A stretch of 64,000 bases of DNA from Savitreella phatthalungensis (taxonomy: Eukaryota): positions 186,001 to 250,000 of the forward strand of contig AP039693.1 of assembly GCA_051599415.1 (NCBI GenBank), written 5' to 3'. The position numbers were made by a program, and so were the translations under genes. Below the pieces are notes generated by a model, which worked only from the letters and a program-made list of their open reading frames with translations, did not search any database and had not been told where the DNA came from. Shown piece after piece: positions 30,340 to 41,166 of this stretch. Each line of letters starts with the position of its first letter. The stretch's first letter is position 1.

Positions 30340-33300
30340 ATGGGACTCTTCAAGCGCTCAAAGAGTGACGCAGCTGGCTCGATCACAGAACGCAAGCTCT
30401 CATCAGACTCATCCTCTGGCAATGGAAGCAACACGGAAGCCAATAATCCATTGCGCCGGCTCGACTCCTCTGAGCGAAGAGTACTCAAGGAGCAGCTCGA
30501 CACTCCGGACACAAGTGACATAACCTATCTTGGCCTGATGCGCTATGCCACACCGCTTGACAGATTGTTGCAAATCATTGGCCTCATCACCTGCATTGCT
30601 GCAGGTGCAGCGCTGCCGCTCATGACCATCGTCTTCGGCCAGCTCACTCAGAGTTTCACAGATGCTGCTCGCGGTCAGAGCCTAACCAATTTCCAAAGGC
30701 AAGTAGACCATCTCACTCTCTACTTCGTGTACATTTTCATTGGAGTCACCGCCGCCTCCTACATATACACTGTCTGTTTCATCGTATCTGGCGAAAACAT
30801 GACTCGGCGCGTACGTGAAAACTACCTCCGCGCTATCCTCCGCCAGAACATTGGCTACTTCGACAAGCTCGGAGCAGGAGAGGTCACCACACGCATCACA
30901 GCAGACACAAACTTGATACAGGATGGTATCTCTGAGAAGATCGGTGTCACATTCCAGGCAGTCGCCACCTTCTTCTCGGCTTTCATCATTGCATTCATCA
31001 AGAACTGGAAGCTTACGCTGATCCTGATCAGTATCGTCCCGGCACTCTTCATTTCCCTCGGCGTCATCTCACGATTCGTCGAGCGCTTCTTCAAGCAGAC
31101 GCTCGAGTTCTACTCTGTCGCCGGCATGCTAGCAGAAGAAGTCATGTCCAGCGTTCGGGTGACACAGTCCTTTGGCACTCAAGAACGCCTCGGCAAGCTG
31201 TATGATACACATCTCGAGAAATCGGAGCAGGCAGGTCGCAAGAAGGCACTTTCGATGGCACTCCTGCTCGGCTCGCTTTTTTTCATTCTGTACGCGGCCT
31301 ACGGACTCGCTTTCTGGGAAGGCTCGCGTCTGATCCTTAAGGGAGAACTTGACAGCGGTATCGTTGTATCAGTCTTCTTTGCCGTCATCATCGGTGCCTT
31401 TGCTATGCAGAATATCGCACCCAACATGCAGGCCTTCTCTCACGCCGTTGCGGCCGGCAAGAAGATCTTTGAGACTATCGACCGAGCGCCAATCATCGAC
31501 GTTTACAGCACCGAAGGCATCATGCTTGACGACGTTCGCGGTGAAATCGAGCTAGAGCACGTCAAGTTCGTCTATCCTGCACGGCCTGAATTGACAGTGC
31601 TGCCTGACATGTCGCTGCACGTGCCGGCGGGCAAAGTCACCGCGCTTGTTGGCGCTTCTGGTAGCGGCAAGTCGACGATCGTTGGCCTTGTCGAGCGCTT
31701 CTACGATCCGATCGGCGGAACAGTCCGCATCGATGGCATCCCTATCAAAGACATCAATGTGCTGTCCCTGCGTTCCCATATCTCGCTCGTGTCGCAGGAA
31801 CCGAATTTGTTCGCCACCACGGTCTTCGATAACGTCGCGTTCGGCCTTGTCGGCACCAAGTGGGCGGACGCAGACGAGCAGACGAAACGTGAGATGGTTC
31901 GCGAAGCCTGCGTCAAAGCCAACGCTTCAAGCTTCATCGAGACCTTACCCAACGGTTACGACACACACGTCGGCGAGAAAGGTATGCTGCTCAGCGGTGG
32001 ACAGAAGCAGCGCGTGGCAATCGCACGCGCCATCATCTCGGATCCGAAGATCCTCATCCTCGACGAGGCAACAGCTGCGCTCGATACTAAGTCTGAAGCC
32101 GTCGTACAAGATGCTCTCGACAAGGCCGCACACAACAGGACGACGATCGTCGTCGCTCACCGTCTCGCTACTATCAAGAATGCTGACAACATTGTCGTGA
32201 TGTCAAAGGGCACGATTGTTGAGCAAGGTCCACATGACGCTCTCCTGACGCAGCAGGGCGCGTACTACGCCCTTGTCCAGGCTCAGCGCATTGCTCAGGC
32301 GCAGAAGGAAGACATTGAGAAGGACACCTCGCCTGCCGAAAAGGATGAAGCTGTCCTAGAGACCGCGGGCGAGAACGAGAAGAGTGGCCGGCCAGATATG
32401 CTTCGTCGCGTCACGACAGGCCAATCGGTCTCCGAGCGTGTCATCAAAACGCAGACTGAGTCTTCAGAACCAAAGAAACACGGAGGATTGTACATCATTT
32501 GGCAAATCGCTCTGTACAATCGTACCGAATGGCACTACATGCTGATCGGCGTTATCTGTTCAGTTCTCTGTGCCGCGGTCTATCCCGCCCAGGCAATCGT
32601 CTTTTCGAAACTCATTAACCTCTTCGTCAATCCACAAGACCCGAACTTCCGCCGGAACGTCGATAATTACGCACTGATCTTCTTCTGTATCGCCATCGCA
32701 GAATTCGGTGCATACTTCGGCGCTGCATGGTTCTTTGGCATCTGCTGCGAGAAGATGGTCCGTCGTGTGCGTCTGAGGACTTTCCGGACCATCCTCAGAC
32801 AAAACATCTCCTGGTTTGACCGTGAAGAGAACTCGACCGGCGCTCTGACGTCCTCCTTGGCCACGCAATGCGCACATCTTGCGGCACTTCACGGCAACGT
32901 TCTCGGTACCATTCTCACCTGCATCATGAACCTTGTCGCATCGTCGATTCTCTCGCTCGCCGTTACGTGGAAGCTTGCTCTCGTCGCTATCGCCTGTCTT
33001 CCGGTTCTGCTCATCTTCGGCTATCTCCGTATCGTCCTGCTCAAGGCCTTCCAGGACCGCATCCGCCAGGCTTACTCGCGCAGCGCCAACTTCGCATGTG
33101 AGGCAACGTCGGTCATTCGCACAGTAGCTTCGCTCACGCGTGAGCGCCAAGTCTTCGACATGTACCAGAAGTCCCTGTCTGCTCCGACGAAGGAAGCGTA
33201 TGGCTCGGCATTGAAGACGTCGGTCTACTATGCCCTGTCGCAATCGATCCAGTTCCTTATCAATGGACTGATCTTTTGGTACGGTGCGACGCTGATTCGC

Positions 33301-34248
33301 AAGGGTGAGCTCGACATCGAGAAGTTCTTTGTCACCTTCATCGCCATTACCTTTGGCGGCCAATCTGCCGGTAGCTTCTTCTCTTTCGCAGCCGACATGT
33401 CCAAGGCGCACGAGTCTGGTCAGGAAATTCTTCAACTGCTTGAACGCAACCCCGAGATCGACGTCTGGTCAGAGCAGGGTGAGCGTGGCGGCGTTCAGGA
33501 TGGCAGAATCGAATTTAAGGACGTTCACTTCAGGTACCCAACGCGCCCAGACGTGCCCGTTCTCCGGGGCCTCAACCTGACTGTTGAGCCTGGACAGTAT
33601 GTCGCCCTCGTTGGTCCTTCTGGATGTGGCAAATCGACGACGATTGGCCTCATCGAGCGATTCTATGATCCTCTCTCTGGCACGGTCCTTGCGGATGGTC
33701 GCGACCTGGCCGAGTTCAACCTAAAGGAAATGCGCAAGTCGATTGCACTGGTGTCGCAAGAACCCACGCTATACCAGGGCACCATCCGGTTCAATATCAC
33801 TCTCGGTGCGCACGAAGAAGATGTGCCAGAGGAAGCCATTGTGCAGGCCTGTCGCGACGCCAATATCCTCGACTTCATCCAATCGCTTCCGCAGGGTTTC
33901 GAGACGATGTGTGGTCAGCGTGGCACGGCGTTGTCTGGTGGTCAGAAGCAGCGAATCGCCATCGCTCGTGCACTGATCCGCAAGCCGAAAGTGCTCCTCC
34001 TGGACGAGGCCACCTCCGCCCTTGACTCCGAGTCGGAGAAGGTCGTTCAGGCAGCACTTGACAAGGCGGCCAAAGGACGCACAACGATCGCCATCGCACA
34101 CCGTCTATCCACGATTCAGCGTGCGGACAAGATCTACGTCTTTGAAGGCGGACGCATCGTCGAGGCAGGCAAGCACGATGAGCTTGTCAACAATGGCGGT
34201 TTGTACGCAGAGCTCGTCCTTCAGCAATCACTCGAGAAACGAGTCTAA
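30340..34248 (+). CDS. Full-length ABCB/MDR1-type multidrug exporter (Pmd1-like)
   Basis: TMD-NBD-TMD-NBD; GASGSGKST and GPSGCGKST Walker A; LSGGQKQR x2; LDEAT. Confidence 0.96.
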   Translation: MGLFKRSKSDAAGSITERKLSSDSSSGNGSNTEANNPLRRLDSSERRVLKEQLDTPDTSDITYLGLMRYATPLDRLLQIIGLITCIAAGAALPLMTIVFGQLTQSFTDAARGQSLTNFQRQVDHLTLYFVYIFIGVTAASYIYTVCFIVSGENMTRRVRENYLRAILRQNIGYFDKLGAGEVTTRITADTNLIQDGISEKIGVTFQAVATFFSAFIIAFIKNWKLTLILISIVPALFISLGVISRFVERFFKQTLEFYSVAGMLAEEVMSSVRVTQSFGTQERLGKLYDTHLEKSEQAGRKKALSMALLLGSLFFILYAAYGLAFWEGSRLILKGELDSGIVVSVFFAVIIGAFAMQNIAPNMQAFSHAVAAGKKIFETIDRAPIIDVYSTEGIMLDDVRGEIELEHVKFVYPARPELTVLPDMSLHVPAGKVTALVGASGSGKSTIVGLVERFYDPIGGTVRIDGIPIKDINVLSLRSHISLVSQEPNLFATTVFDNVAFGLVGTKWADADEQTKREMVREACVKANASSFIETLPNGYDTHVGEKGMLLSGGQKQRVAIARAIISDPKILILDEATAALDTKSEAVVQDALDKAAHNRTTIVVAHRLATIKNADNIVVMSKGTIVEQGPHDALLTQQGAYYALVQAQRIAQAQKEDIEKDTSPAEKDEAVLETAGENEKSGRPDMLRRVTTGQSVSERVIKTQTESSEPKKHGGLYIIWQIALYNRTEWHYMLIGVICSVLCAAVYPAQAIVFSKLINLFVNPQDPNFRRNVDNYALIFFCIAIAEFGAYFGAAWFFGICCEKMVRRVRLRTFRTILRQNISWFDREENSTGALTSSLATQCAHLAALHGNVLGTILTCIMNLVASSILSLAVTWKLALVAIACLPVLLIFGYLRIVLLKAFQDRIRQAYSRSANFACEATSVIRTVASLTRERQVFDMYQKSLSAPTKEAYGSALKTSVYYALSQSIQFLINGLIFWYGATLIRKGELDIEKFFVTFIAITFGGQSAGSFFSFAADMSKAHESGQEILQLLERNPEIDVWSEQGERGGVQDGRIEFKDVHFRYPTRPDVPVLRGLNLTVEPGQYVALVGPSGCGKSTTIGLIERFYDPLSGTVLADGRDLAEFNLKEMRKSIALVSQEPTLYQGTIRFNITLGAHEEDVPEEAIVQACRDANILDFIQSLPQGFETMCGQRGTALSGGQKQRIAIARALIRKPKVLLLDEATSALDSESEKVVQAALDKAAKGRTTIAIAHRLSTIQRADKIYVFEGGRIVEAGKHDELVNNGGLYAELVLQQSLEKRV

Positions 34249-34409
34249 ATTTCCACCACACGCCACAGACACACCAGTCTCACGACTCACCCTATAAGAC
34301 GCAGCGCACATCCTGTATAGCCGATAGACCCTTATGAACATGACGTCCAGTAAAGAATCCTTATACGGAGAATCAATGTTATTCATAAATCATTAGCCCG
34401 TGTCGGTCG

Positions 34410-34805
34410 TCATTCAAGTCCCAGACGCTGCTCTCGCGTCTTGCGCATTCTCGCCTCCCGCGTCTCGTGTCCTGACTCTGCTGCTTGTGCCCTTTCGACC
34501 GCGGCTCTGACCGCTGCCTCGTTCGAGTCGAGGTTGTCCGGTGTCGGCCCGTAGATCGCAGGTCCTCTTCTCCCGACCTCGGTTCCACCCATACTCGCGG
34601 CCTCGCTCCCGGAACCCAGGCGCTCGCTATCGTACTCGTCAGACTTCCCTCGCACGTTACCGCCTCCACCAGAAGATGAACCGCCGGAAATCCCAGTCCC
34701 AGGGCGCGCTGCCATCGCAGCAGCACGTTGCTGATCACGACGATCAACGTAGTCGTGCAAATCGCTTGGCGTCAGCTCGATCCGAGTCGGCGGTCTCCGA
34801 AGCAT
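34410..34805 (-). CDS. CDC26: Anaphase-promoting complex subunit Cdc26
   Basis: Diagnostic N-terminus MLRRPPTRIELT-SD--DY; C-terminal REQRLGL. Confidence 0.85.
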   Translation of the reverse strand: MLRRPPTRIELTPSDLHDYVDRRDQQRAAAMAARPGTGISGGSSSGGGGNVRGKSDEYDSERLGSGSEAASMGGTEVGRRGPAIYGPTPDNLDSNEAAVRAAVERAQAAESGHETREARMRKTREQRLGLE

Positions 34806-35147
34806 TCTGTCAGGCGCGTAACGTTTGCTTTGAACGAGACGTGGTGGTTGAGCAGCTACCTAGACGGTAATTGTATATAGCAAGTGACGGTGTTTGTGTA
34901 TGGGTTGATGGAGGTGCACGTGTGTGGACGTGTTTGTAGTTTGGTGTGGACCTCGTGCATCGTGGAGATCAGTAGAGCCTAGGTGTGAATGAGCGAATGC
35001 ACAATTTGCCATTGCGTGCGTCCTCTGGACTCAACTCAGAGATTCGCCTAGCTGCCGTGTCCGCGTACTTGGAATCGAGCTCGACGAGCGACCTGAAGGG
35101 GTATTGAAAAGCGGAGGAGGTATTCGGTTCGTCTACACAGCTCGGAG

Positions 35148-37922
35148 ATGCGGTTGCTGTACGGCATCGCTGCGTGGGTGTCCCTCGTGTCCGCGATCCA
35201 ACGCGATCAGGTCGGCTCGTTGGATTTCCACCTTCCACTGCTTGGTCCTGTCGACGGCGTGTACTTTCACAGACCCGAAGGTGAAGCTGCAGGGAGCGTG
35301 TGTCTTGCGAGAAGCTCGAGGAACGTCCTTGCCGCGGTTCATTGCGGCAGCGGTCAGGTTGCATGGCGGCATCTCCTGGAGGAGGATCTCGTTACTGGAG
35401 ATGAGGAGGCTGAAGGCAGAACAGACGGTCTTCTCAAGGTCATTCCCTATGCAGATAAAGTCATCTCCCTCTCTCACGCAGGCCGGAAACTCTCCAGCTG
35501 GCAAGTGCAATCGGGACACAACGCCTGGCAACTTGATGAGGTCACACCTCTGGTGGATGTGGCCACGCATGAGGACGGAGTGTTTGCAGTACTCGCACTC
35601 AGTCAGACTGGATCTGTGAGCTCACTCGATGGGGAGACTGGGCAAACTGTCTGGAGCAGCCGGGCGACTGGTGAGGTCCCCATTAGAGTGACGAGTGACG
35701 CTGGCAAGGTCTTCGTGCTAGGTCTGCAGGGCAAAGCTGCCGTGATCGATGTGTTCGATGGCAAGACAGGCAAGTTGCAAGAGTCGTTTGCCTTGCCTTC
35801 TCGTCCAGCAAACTCAGCCGACATCCTTGCGTTCGAGAACGGCGTGCTCCTGTGGCGCAACGGAGACCGCAAAATCGAGCTCAATATTCTTGGGCTCAGT
35901 GTGGTCCAGCCGATTCAAGTCGCAACCGCATTCGAAAACGTTCATGCTCAGACGCTGCGCGGCAAGACTGGGCCGACCACGCTGCTCCTCGAATTTACTT
36001 CAGGCTCCACTCGCAGATCAAGTGTCTATGCAATCCCGTCAGCGGCTGACAAGCAGTCCAAGGTCATTCCCGTCTACGATATCCCAGCTCTATCAACACC
36101 GTCGGCATCCACACTCACATTGCACGAGGATGAAGTGTTCGTTGTCCGCGCCAGCTCGGACGCATCGAGCTCCCGTCTGGAATGCTGGAAAGCGAATTCT
36201 CACGGCAGAGTACTGGACTCCGTGATTATCGGTGATCTGCGCTCAACAGGCAAGCACCACGTCGCCGTCGCAGCAGAGCTTTCTGACGGCTCAGACGGTC
36301 TCATCGCCCGGGCGATGGTCTCAACCTCAGGGGGGCAGTTCGCCATGCTTCAAGGCGATGCTGTAGCCTGGTCAACTGAGCAAGGGATTGCAGATGCGAG
36401 GAAAGTTCTGTTTGCCCAGCTGCAGCAACATGCTGCGCTTGAGGCCGCATTGAACGAGCAGTTGAGTGAAAACGTCGTCGTTGACTTTGTCGCGCGTGTG
36501 CGCCGGCACTTGGCAAAGCTTGGTGGGCTGATTTTCGGCCCAGGAAATGTCGCCTCGAAAGCAGGAGCAGAGGAAAGCGACGCATTCGGACTGCATCAGT
36601 ACGTTGTCGCTGTTGGGCAGGCAGGACAGGCATGGGCCTTAGACAATGCCGACGGAGGCGCGGTCGTTTGGTATGCAGACGAGGTCGATCCACATGCACA
36701 ATTCATCGATGCTTGGATGACCCGCAGCGATGAGGCTGCCGGTGCGCCTATTCTCTCGACCCTCCTGAACATCGGTTCCTCCTCGGTTCTAATTCAGACC
36801 GATGCGCTTTCGGGAAGACGCCTCCAAACCAGCCGCATCAATGAAAAGGCTGATCTGGGTATCGTCGTTGACGAAGGAAAGGCGCAGACGATCGTCGGCG
36901 TTGTTGGAGGAAAGCTCGAATTGCTGTCTGACACAAGTCATAATGCTGCCATCCTTGACAGTCTCAAGGATCTTGTCCTTGTGCGCGAACGTGCCGAGCA
37001 GCTGGACGGTCTCGTCGTAAGCGACAACGAGCTCGTGCCGCTCTGGCAAGTCAAGCTACCGGGTCGTCTGCTTGCCACTGCACAGCCTCAGCAGGGTGAA
37101 GCCATTGCCTCGGTCGGGCGCGTCCTTGGAGACCGTGGCGTCCTTTACAAGCTCCTGTCTCGGAAGCTCCTTGTTGCTGCTACATTCGACGACGATACCT
37201 CGACGCTGATAGTGCATCTGATTGACACGGCCGACGGTTCGATACTCCACACGGCTGCGCATGCCAACGTGTCAGGCACCAAGCCCGTCCGCGTGGTCTT
37301 TTCTGAGAACTGGTATACATACCACTACTGGGTCAATGGTCAGGTGCATGGATATGAGGTCACCATTTCTGAAGTATACGTCGGAGCTCGCAACGAGAAG
37401 GTCAATTTGCAGGGCGACAAGATCAACGTGGTCAGCCGCAGTTTCCTGCATGACCGAGGCGTGCGTGCACTTGGCGCCACAACGACTCTACAAGGCATCA
37501 CAACTCGTGACGTGCTGGTTGCTCATGACGACGGCACGGTTTCAGCTTTACCGCGCAGGCTGCTCGACCCACGCCGACCGGACACACTCACGTCGAGCGA
37601 CAAAGAAGAAGGCCTGCTGGCGTACGAGCCTGCCTTGCCGCTCGCGGAAGACAATAAACTCGTGCTCTCCCATGCATATCACATTCTCGGGGCCCGTCAT
37701 TTTACGGTGCAGCCGACGTTGCTAGAATCCACAGCCCTCGTCGCAGTCTCTGGACTCGATATCTTCGCTACACGCGTCACGCCATCGATGGCGTTCGACA
37801 TCCTTCAGAAGTCCTTCTCCAAATTCGGCATCATCGTGTCGTTCGTCGCACTTGCCGCCGCAACCATCGTCATGCGTCCAATGGCAGCCAAAAAGCGTCT
37901 AGAGCGTCAGTGGCAAGCATAG
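35148..37922 (+). CDS. EMC1: ER membrane protein complex subunit 1
   Basis: Signal peptide, DQVG-LDF, PQQ-like propeller, SVGRVLGDRGVLYK, LLDPRRP, LLESTALV, PSMAFDIL, C-terminal TM. Confidence 0.95.
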   Translation: MRLLYGIAAWVSLVSAIQRDQVGSLDFHLPLLGPVDGVYFHRPEGEAAGSVCLARSSRNVLAAVHCGSGQVAWRHLLEEDLVTGDEEAEGRTDGLLKVIPYADKVISLSHAGRKLSSWQVQSGHNAWQLDEVTPLVDVATHEDGVFAVLALSQTGSVSSLDGETGQTVWSSRATGEVPIRVTSDAGKVFVLGLQGKAAVIDVFDGKTGKLQESFALPSRPANSADILAFENGVLLWRNGDRKIELNILGLSVVQPIQVATAFENVHAQTLRGKTGPTTLLLEFTSGSTRRSSVYAIPSAADKQSKVIPVYDIPALSTPSASTLTLHEDEVFVVRASSDASSSRLECWKANSHGRVLDSVIIGDLRSTGKHHVAVAAELSDGSDGLIARAMVSTSGGQFAMLQGDAVAWSTEQGIADARKVLFAQLQQHAALEAALNEQLSENVVVDFVARVRRHLAKLGGLIFGPGNVASKAGAEESDAFGLHQYVVAVGQAGQAWALDNADGGAVVWYADEVDPHAQFIDAWMTRSDEAAGAPILSTLLNIGSSSVLIQTDALSGRRLQTSRINEKADLGIVVDEGKAQTIVGVVGGKLELLSDTSHNAAILDSLKDLVLVRERAEQLDGLVVSDNELVPLWQVKLPGRLLATAQPQQGEAIASVGRVLGDRGVLYKLLSRKLLVAATFDDDTSTLIVHLIDTADGSILHTAAHANVSGTKPVRVVFSENWYTYHYWVNGQVHGYEVTISEVYVGARNEKVNLQGDKINVVSRSFLHDRGVRALGATTTLQGITTRDVLVAHDDGTVSALPRRLLDPRRPDTLTSSDKEEGLLAYEPALPLAEDNKLVLSHAYHILGARHFTVQPTLLESTALVAVSGLDIFATRVTPSMAFDILQKSFSKFGIIVSFVALAAATIVMRPMAAKKRLERQWQA

Positions 37923-38450
37923 ATGACGCCTATGCATATTTCGGCTGGTACGTTAGCCAAGGCATGCATCGGAGACGTCACACCTGACCAGTCACGGGAT
38001 TTTCACGGCGGTGCTAAATATAGCACCCTTTTTAGCCCGGGAAATTACAGGTCTAGCTCGAGATCCACGACAGAAATTTCGCGGATCATCTTCTGATCTT
38101 CATTGACGCACGACTTTGTGACGAAGACGACAAGCAGACGGGTAAGCTCGTCCAGGGAACTAGTCTAGTTCGTGCTTTCGCTTCGACGCTCCGCTATACT
38201 CGGAACACTCTCGGCTTTTTCGGGAATCCTGCTTTCCACATTGGGGTGCCCCGCCAAGCCAGGCGCAGCGCCAAGCTTTTTGTGTCAAGACTGTCAATGG
38301 ATGCACGATTGGTCTAAAAGTAATCTATTTTTGACTGCAGTCTTGTGAGAAGGATGCTGCGGATGCCGCGGTGGAGTCCCATATAAGAGCAAGTCGTCCT
38401 CTGTCCGTGATGCCTTGCACCTCATCATCTTCACTGCTCAGAAGTAGAAC

Positions 38451-38940
38451 ATGCCTGCTCTCCCGCAAAGCTCGACCCGCTTCCTGCTCGCAGCACGCGA
38501 TCTCTCTGAGCAAGCTGCGCGAGAACAAATGTCTGAAGCCCAGTATGCTTTCTCACACCCGAGTCAATGTTGGAGCTACTGGGGCTGCAAAGTGGTAATC
38601 ATTGTTGGAGCAGTCCTGGCTGCTCTGCTTCTACGTAAGTGATGCACTTCATCTCAATTGAATCGTGAATCCGTTTGTCCGGAGACTGACCAGCCCCACC
38701 ACAGTATGCATCGCCTCTTGCCTGATCAGCTGCGTTTGGGACTGCCTCAATTGCCTGTCCTGCGGAATTCTCAATCGGATCTTCTGCTGCAGCGGCGGAC
38801 GGCATCGCGGTCGCCGTGGCTACAGACACCAATCGCGCGGTACGGCATATCCGGCGACCGCCCCAGCGATGGCCAATCCGCCGGGGCAATACCCGGCCTA
38901 TGCTCCTGTCCAGCAGCCGTGCGCGCCAGTCCGCAGGTAG
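38451..38940 (+). CDS. Small single-pass Cys-rich membrane protein, Pin2-like; exons 38451-38634 and 38705-38940
   Basis: Intron 38635-38704 GTAAGT..CTGAC..CAG joins two ORFs: F-x-x-x-x-x-C-x-x-x-x-x-CKVVIIVGAVLAALLL|LCIASCLISC..FCC followed by a P/Y/Q-rich tail. Confidence 0.7.
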
Positions 38941-39020
38941 ACGAGCACTGCGCCACCGGCGATGGCTTTCTGTACATAGTGAGAAGCACTCGGGAATGGA
39001 GACGTTTCTCAGATCGGTCC

Positions 39021-40616
39021 TCAGTGAGATGCGGAGGACTTTGCCGTGGCGAGGGAGCGTGCGTGTTCTAGAAAGCCTCGAGCGCCGCCGCGTTCGTTGA
39101 CGACCTTGCGGCATAGCCGAGTGAGGAGGGTCTGCTGGGTGACACTGGTGCCGTGCGCGCGCTCGTCGTCCGTGAGGAGCGTGCGGTCTGTTAGCTCTAC
39201 GGCGTTGCGAACGCGACCGATCAGTGCGATGTTGCGTGTCGATGGGATTCGGAGGAACTCGCGCTCCACTCGCCAGCCGACACTTTCAGCCACCTCGATG
39301 AGGAAGGCCACGTAACGGGCGTATCGCGACCGCAGTCCAGCGTCGCCACCGGTCGACCGATGCAGTGGCCGTGTGTATTGTGGCGATCGAGAGCCATCGA
39401 AGCCATGAGTGCAGCACGGAATGACCATAAATCCGCCAGGGACAGCACACTCGCCTTGGACCGCTGGTGAGGAGAGAGCGGCGAGGAGTGGGATCCAGGG
39501 AGTCAGCTCATCTGCATGGTTTCCGATCAGAAATTCCTCGGCAGCAAAGCGGCCATCCATGATCGCCAGATCGCTAATCGTCCCGTGGTTGATGACATCG
39601 TCGTCATCGATAAAGCTCGGGCACAGGACGCGCGTGATGAGTCTGCCGGGAGTCTTTGCAGGCACAAACAGAAGTTCGTGACTCCAAGATTTACGGGCAC
39701 GAAGGTCGAATCCGTAGCCTTTGAGGCCTTCACGGAGGAGAATGTCGACGAGGAGACCATTGCCGCATCCGACATCGACGAACGCCACGGGCGTTGGCGA
39801 AGACGTCGACCAGAGCTCAAGAAGCCAGGCGGCGATGCAGATGTCCTCGAAGACGTGCTTGCCAGGCGATGTCGACTCTGCCCATTGGCTTACGTAGTGG
39901 GCAGCGTAGGCAAGCTTGAGCTGCTGCTGACGATCTTGATACCGCTCGCGGCCGACGACGACATCGTGCACGACGCGAGGCGTATACACTTGACCAGCTG
40001 CCAACGCTCGGCTTTCCGTCAGGGCAAATTGACGTACAAGCAGTAATAGATTCTGCAGCGTCCGCAGGACCTTGTCGTCGTCGTCAGCGACTTCGGCAAG
40101 CGGGATGTGAGCGATCCGCAGCTCGGCGTCTGTCCGCCTAAATTCGAATGCAAGGGCGCGCACGCGAGGATGGTAGTAGGGTATACCTGATGCGAGGGTC
40201 TCGTCGCCGACGGTCCAGACAGCCAGCAGTACATCACCTCGACTGAACATGAAGCAGTCCTGAACCATCGGCTGGTCCTTGCGCGGGTTGCGAGGGACTA
40301 GGCGTCTGCTCACGAAGCCAAGCTGCCTCCAGCCGGATTCAGCCACATTGTTTTCCGCCGACGTCTCATGCAAGATGTCTGCGCGCATCAACGCAGCACT
40401 AGCACGCTCCGGATGGCGTGTCAAAGATGCTAAGCTACGCTCAATCGTTGTCACTGAGATCTGTGCCTCGTCTTCACCGTCAAATACGGTACGCCATGCA
40501 TACCGCCAGCCTCTTAGGCCCTCTAGAGGGCATGGTTGCTGACATGCGTCAGTCAAACGCGATGATCGAGGCCGTCTTGCCTCCTGCAAGGCCAGCTTCG
40601 CTGTTGCCAGGGGCAT
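39021..40616 (-). CDS. TRM44: tRNA(Ser) Um44 2'-O-methyltransferase
   Basis: RRLVPRNP-KD, PYYHP-V, KHVFEDICIAAWL, FVDVGCGNGLLV, GNHADELTPW, LRIPSTRN. Confidence 0.93.
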   Translation of the reverse strand: MPLATAKLALQEARRPRSSRLTDACQQPCPLEGLRGWRYAWRTVFDGEDEAQISVTTIERSLASLTRHPERASAALMRADILHETSAENNVAESGWRQLGFVSRRLVPRNPRKDQPMVQDCFMFSRGDVLLAVWTVGDETLASGIPYYHPRVRALAFEFRRTDAELRIAHIPLAEVADDDDKVLRTLQNLLLLVRQFALTESRALAAGQVYTPRVVHDVVVGRERYQDRQQQLKLAYAAHYVSQWAESTSPGKHVFEDICIAAWLLELWSTSSPTPVAFVDVGCGNGLLVDILLREGLKGYGFDLRARKSWSHELLFVPAKTPGRLITRVLCPSFIDDDDVINHGTISDLAIMDGRFAAEEFLIGNHADELTPWIPLLAALSSPAVQGECAVPGGFMVIPCCTHGFDGSRSPQYTRPLHRSTGGDAGLRSRYARYVAFLIEVAESVGWRVEREFLRIPSTRNIALIGRVRNAVELTDRTLLTDDERAHGTSVTQQTLLTRLCRKVVNERGGARGFLEHARSLATAKSSASH

Positions 40617-41166
40617 CACTTCACGAAAGCATACAGGACTGAAGGTGATTTCTATTGTGCCGTGCGTAAGATGTGATAACTATAGTCTCAATCATGAAGA
40701 ATAGCTCAGCAACCAGAGCGGAGCACGAAGACTCGATAGGGCCCTTGGATCTCAGAAACACAGACAAGGGTCGAGAATATGTGGAAGAGACAGGCGTCTC
40801 GTGTATTAAGCTATTGAGAAGACTCTATAGTCCTCGTTATTTATGCCTTTACGTCCGAATGTGTGCGTAGGTCAAGTATGAAAATTCGTTAAAAACGTCA
40901 ACAGAAACGGTAGGCCTTGGAACAACTGGGAGAAGAAGCACCACCGACAGGCTTGACCGCACTGCGCGCGAGTGTGGAAGTAGATAGGTGACGGCGTAGT
41001 GTGAAAGTGTAAAAGGTATCCGGACAGCAGACGTAAAGTGCGGTGACGGCTACTTTGCTCTCATATTTGTGAGACGGCAAAGGGGGGAGATAGGTAGGTA
41101 AGCGGTTGGTTGAGAATGGAAAGGACACAAGGTGTCTTGGTTGTACAGAGCCGACGAGCCGAGCGC

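Noticed and set aside
1473..34248. P450 plus ABC transporter as a secondary-metabolite cluster
   Set aside because: About 26 kb apart among housekeeping genes; no PKS, NRPS or terpene backbone enzyme
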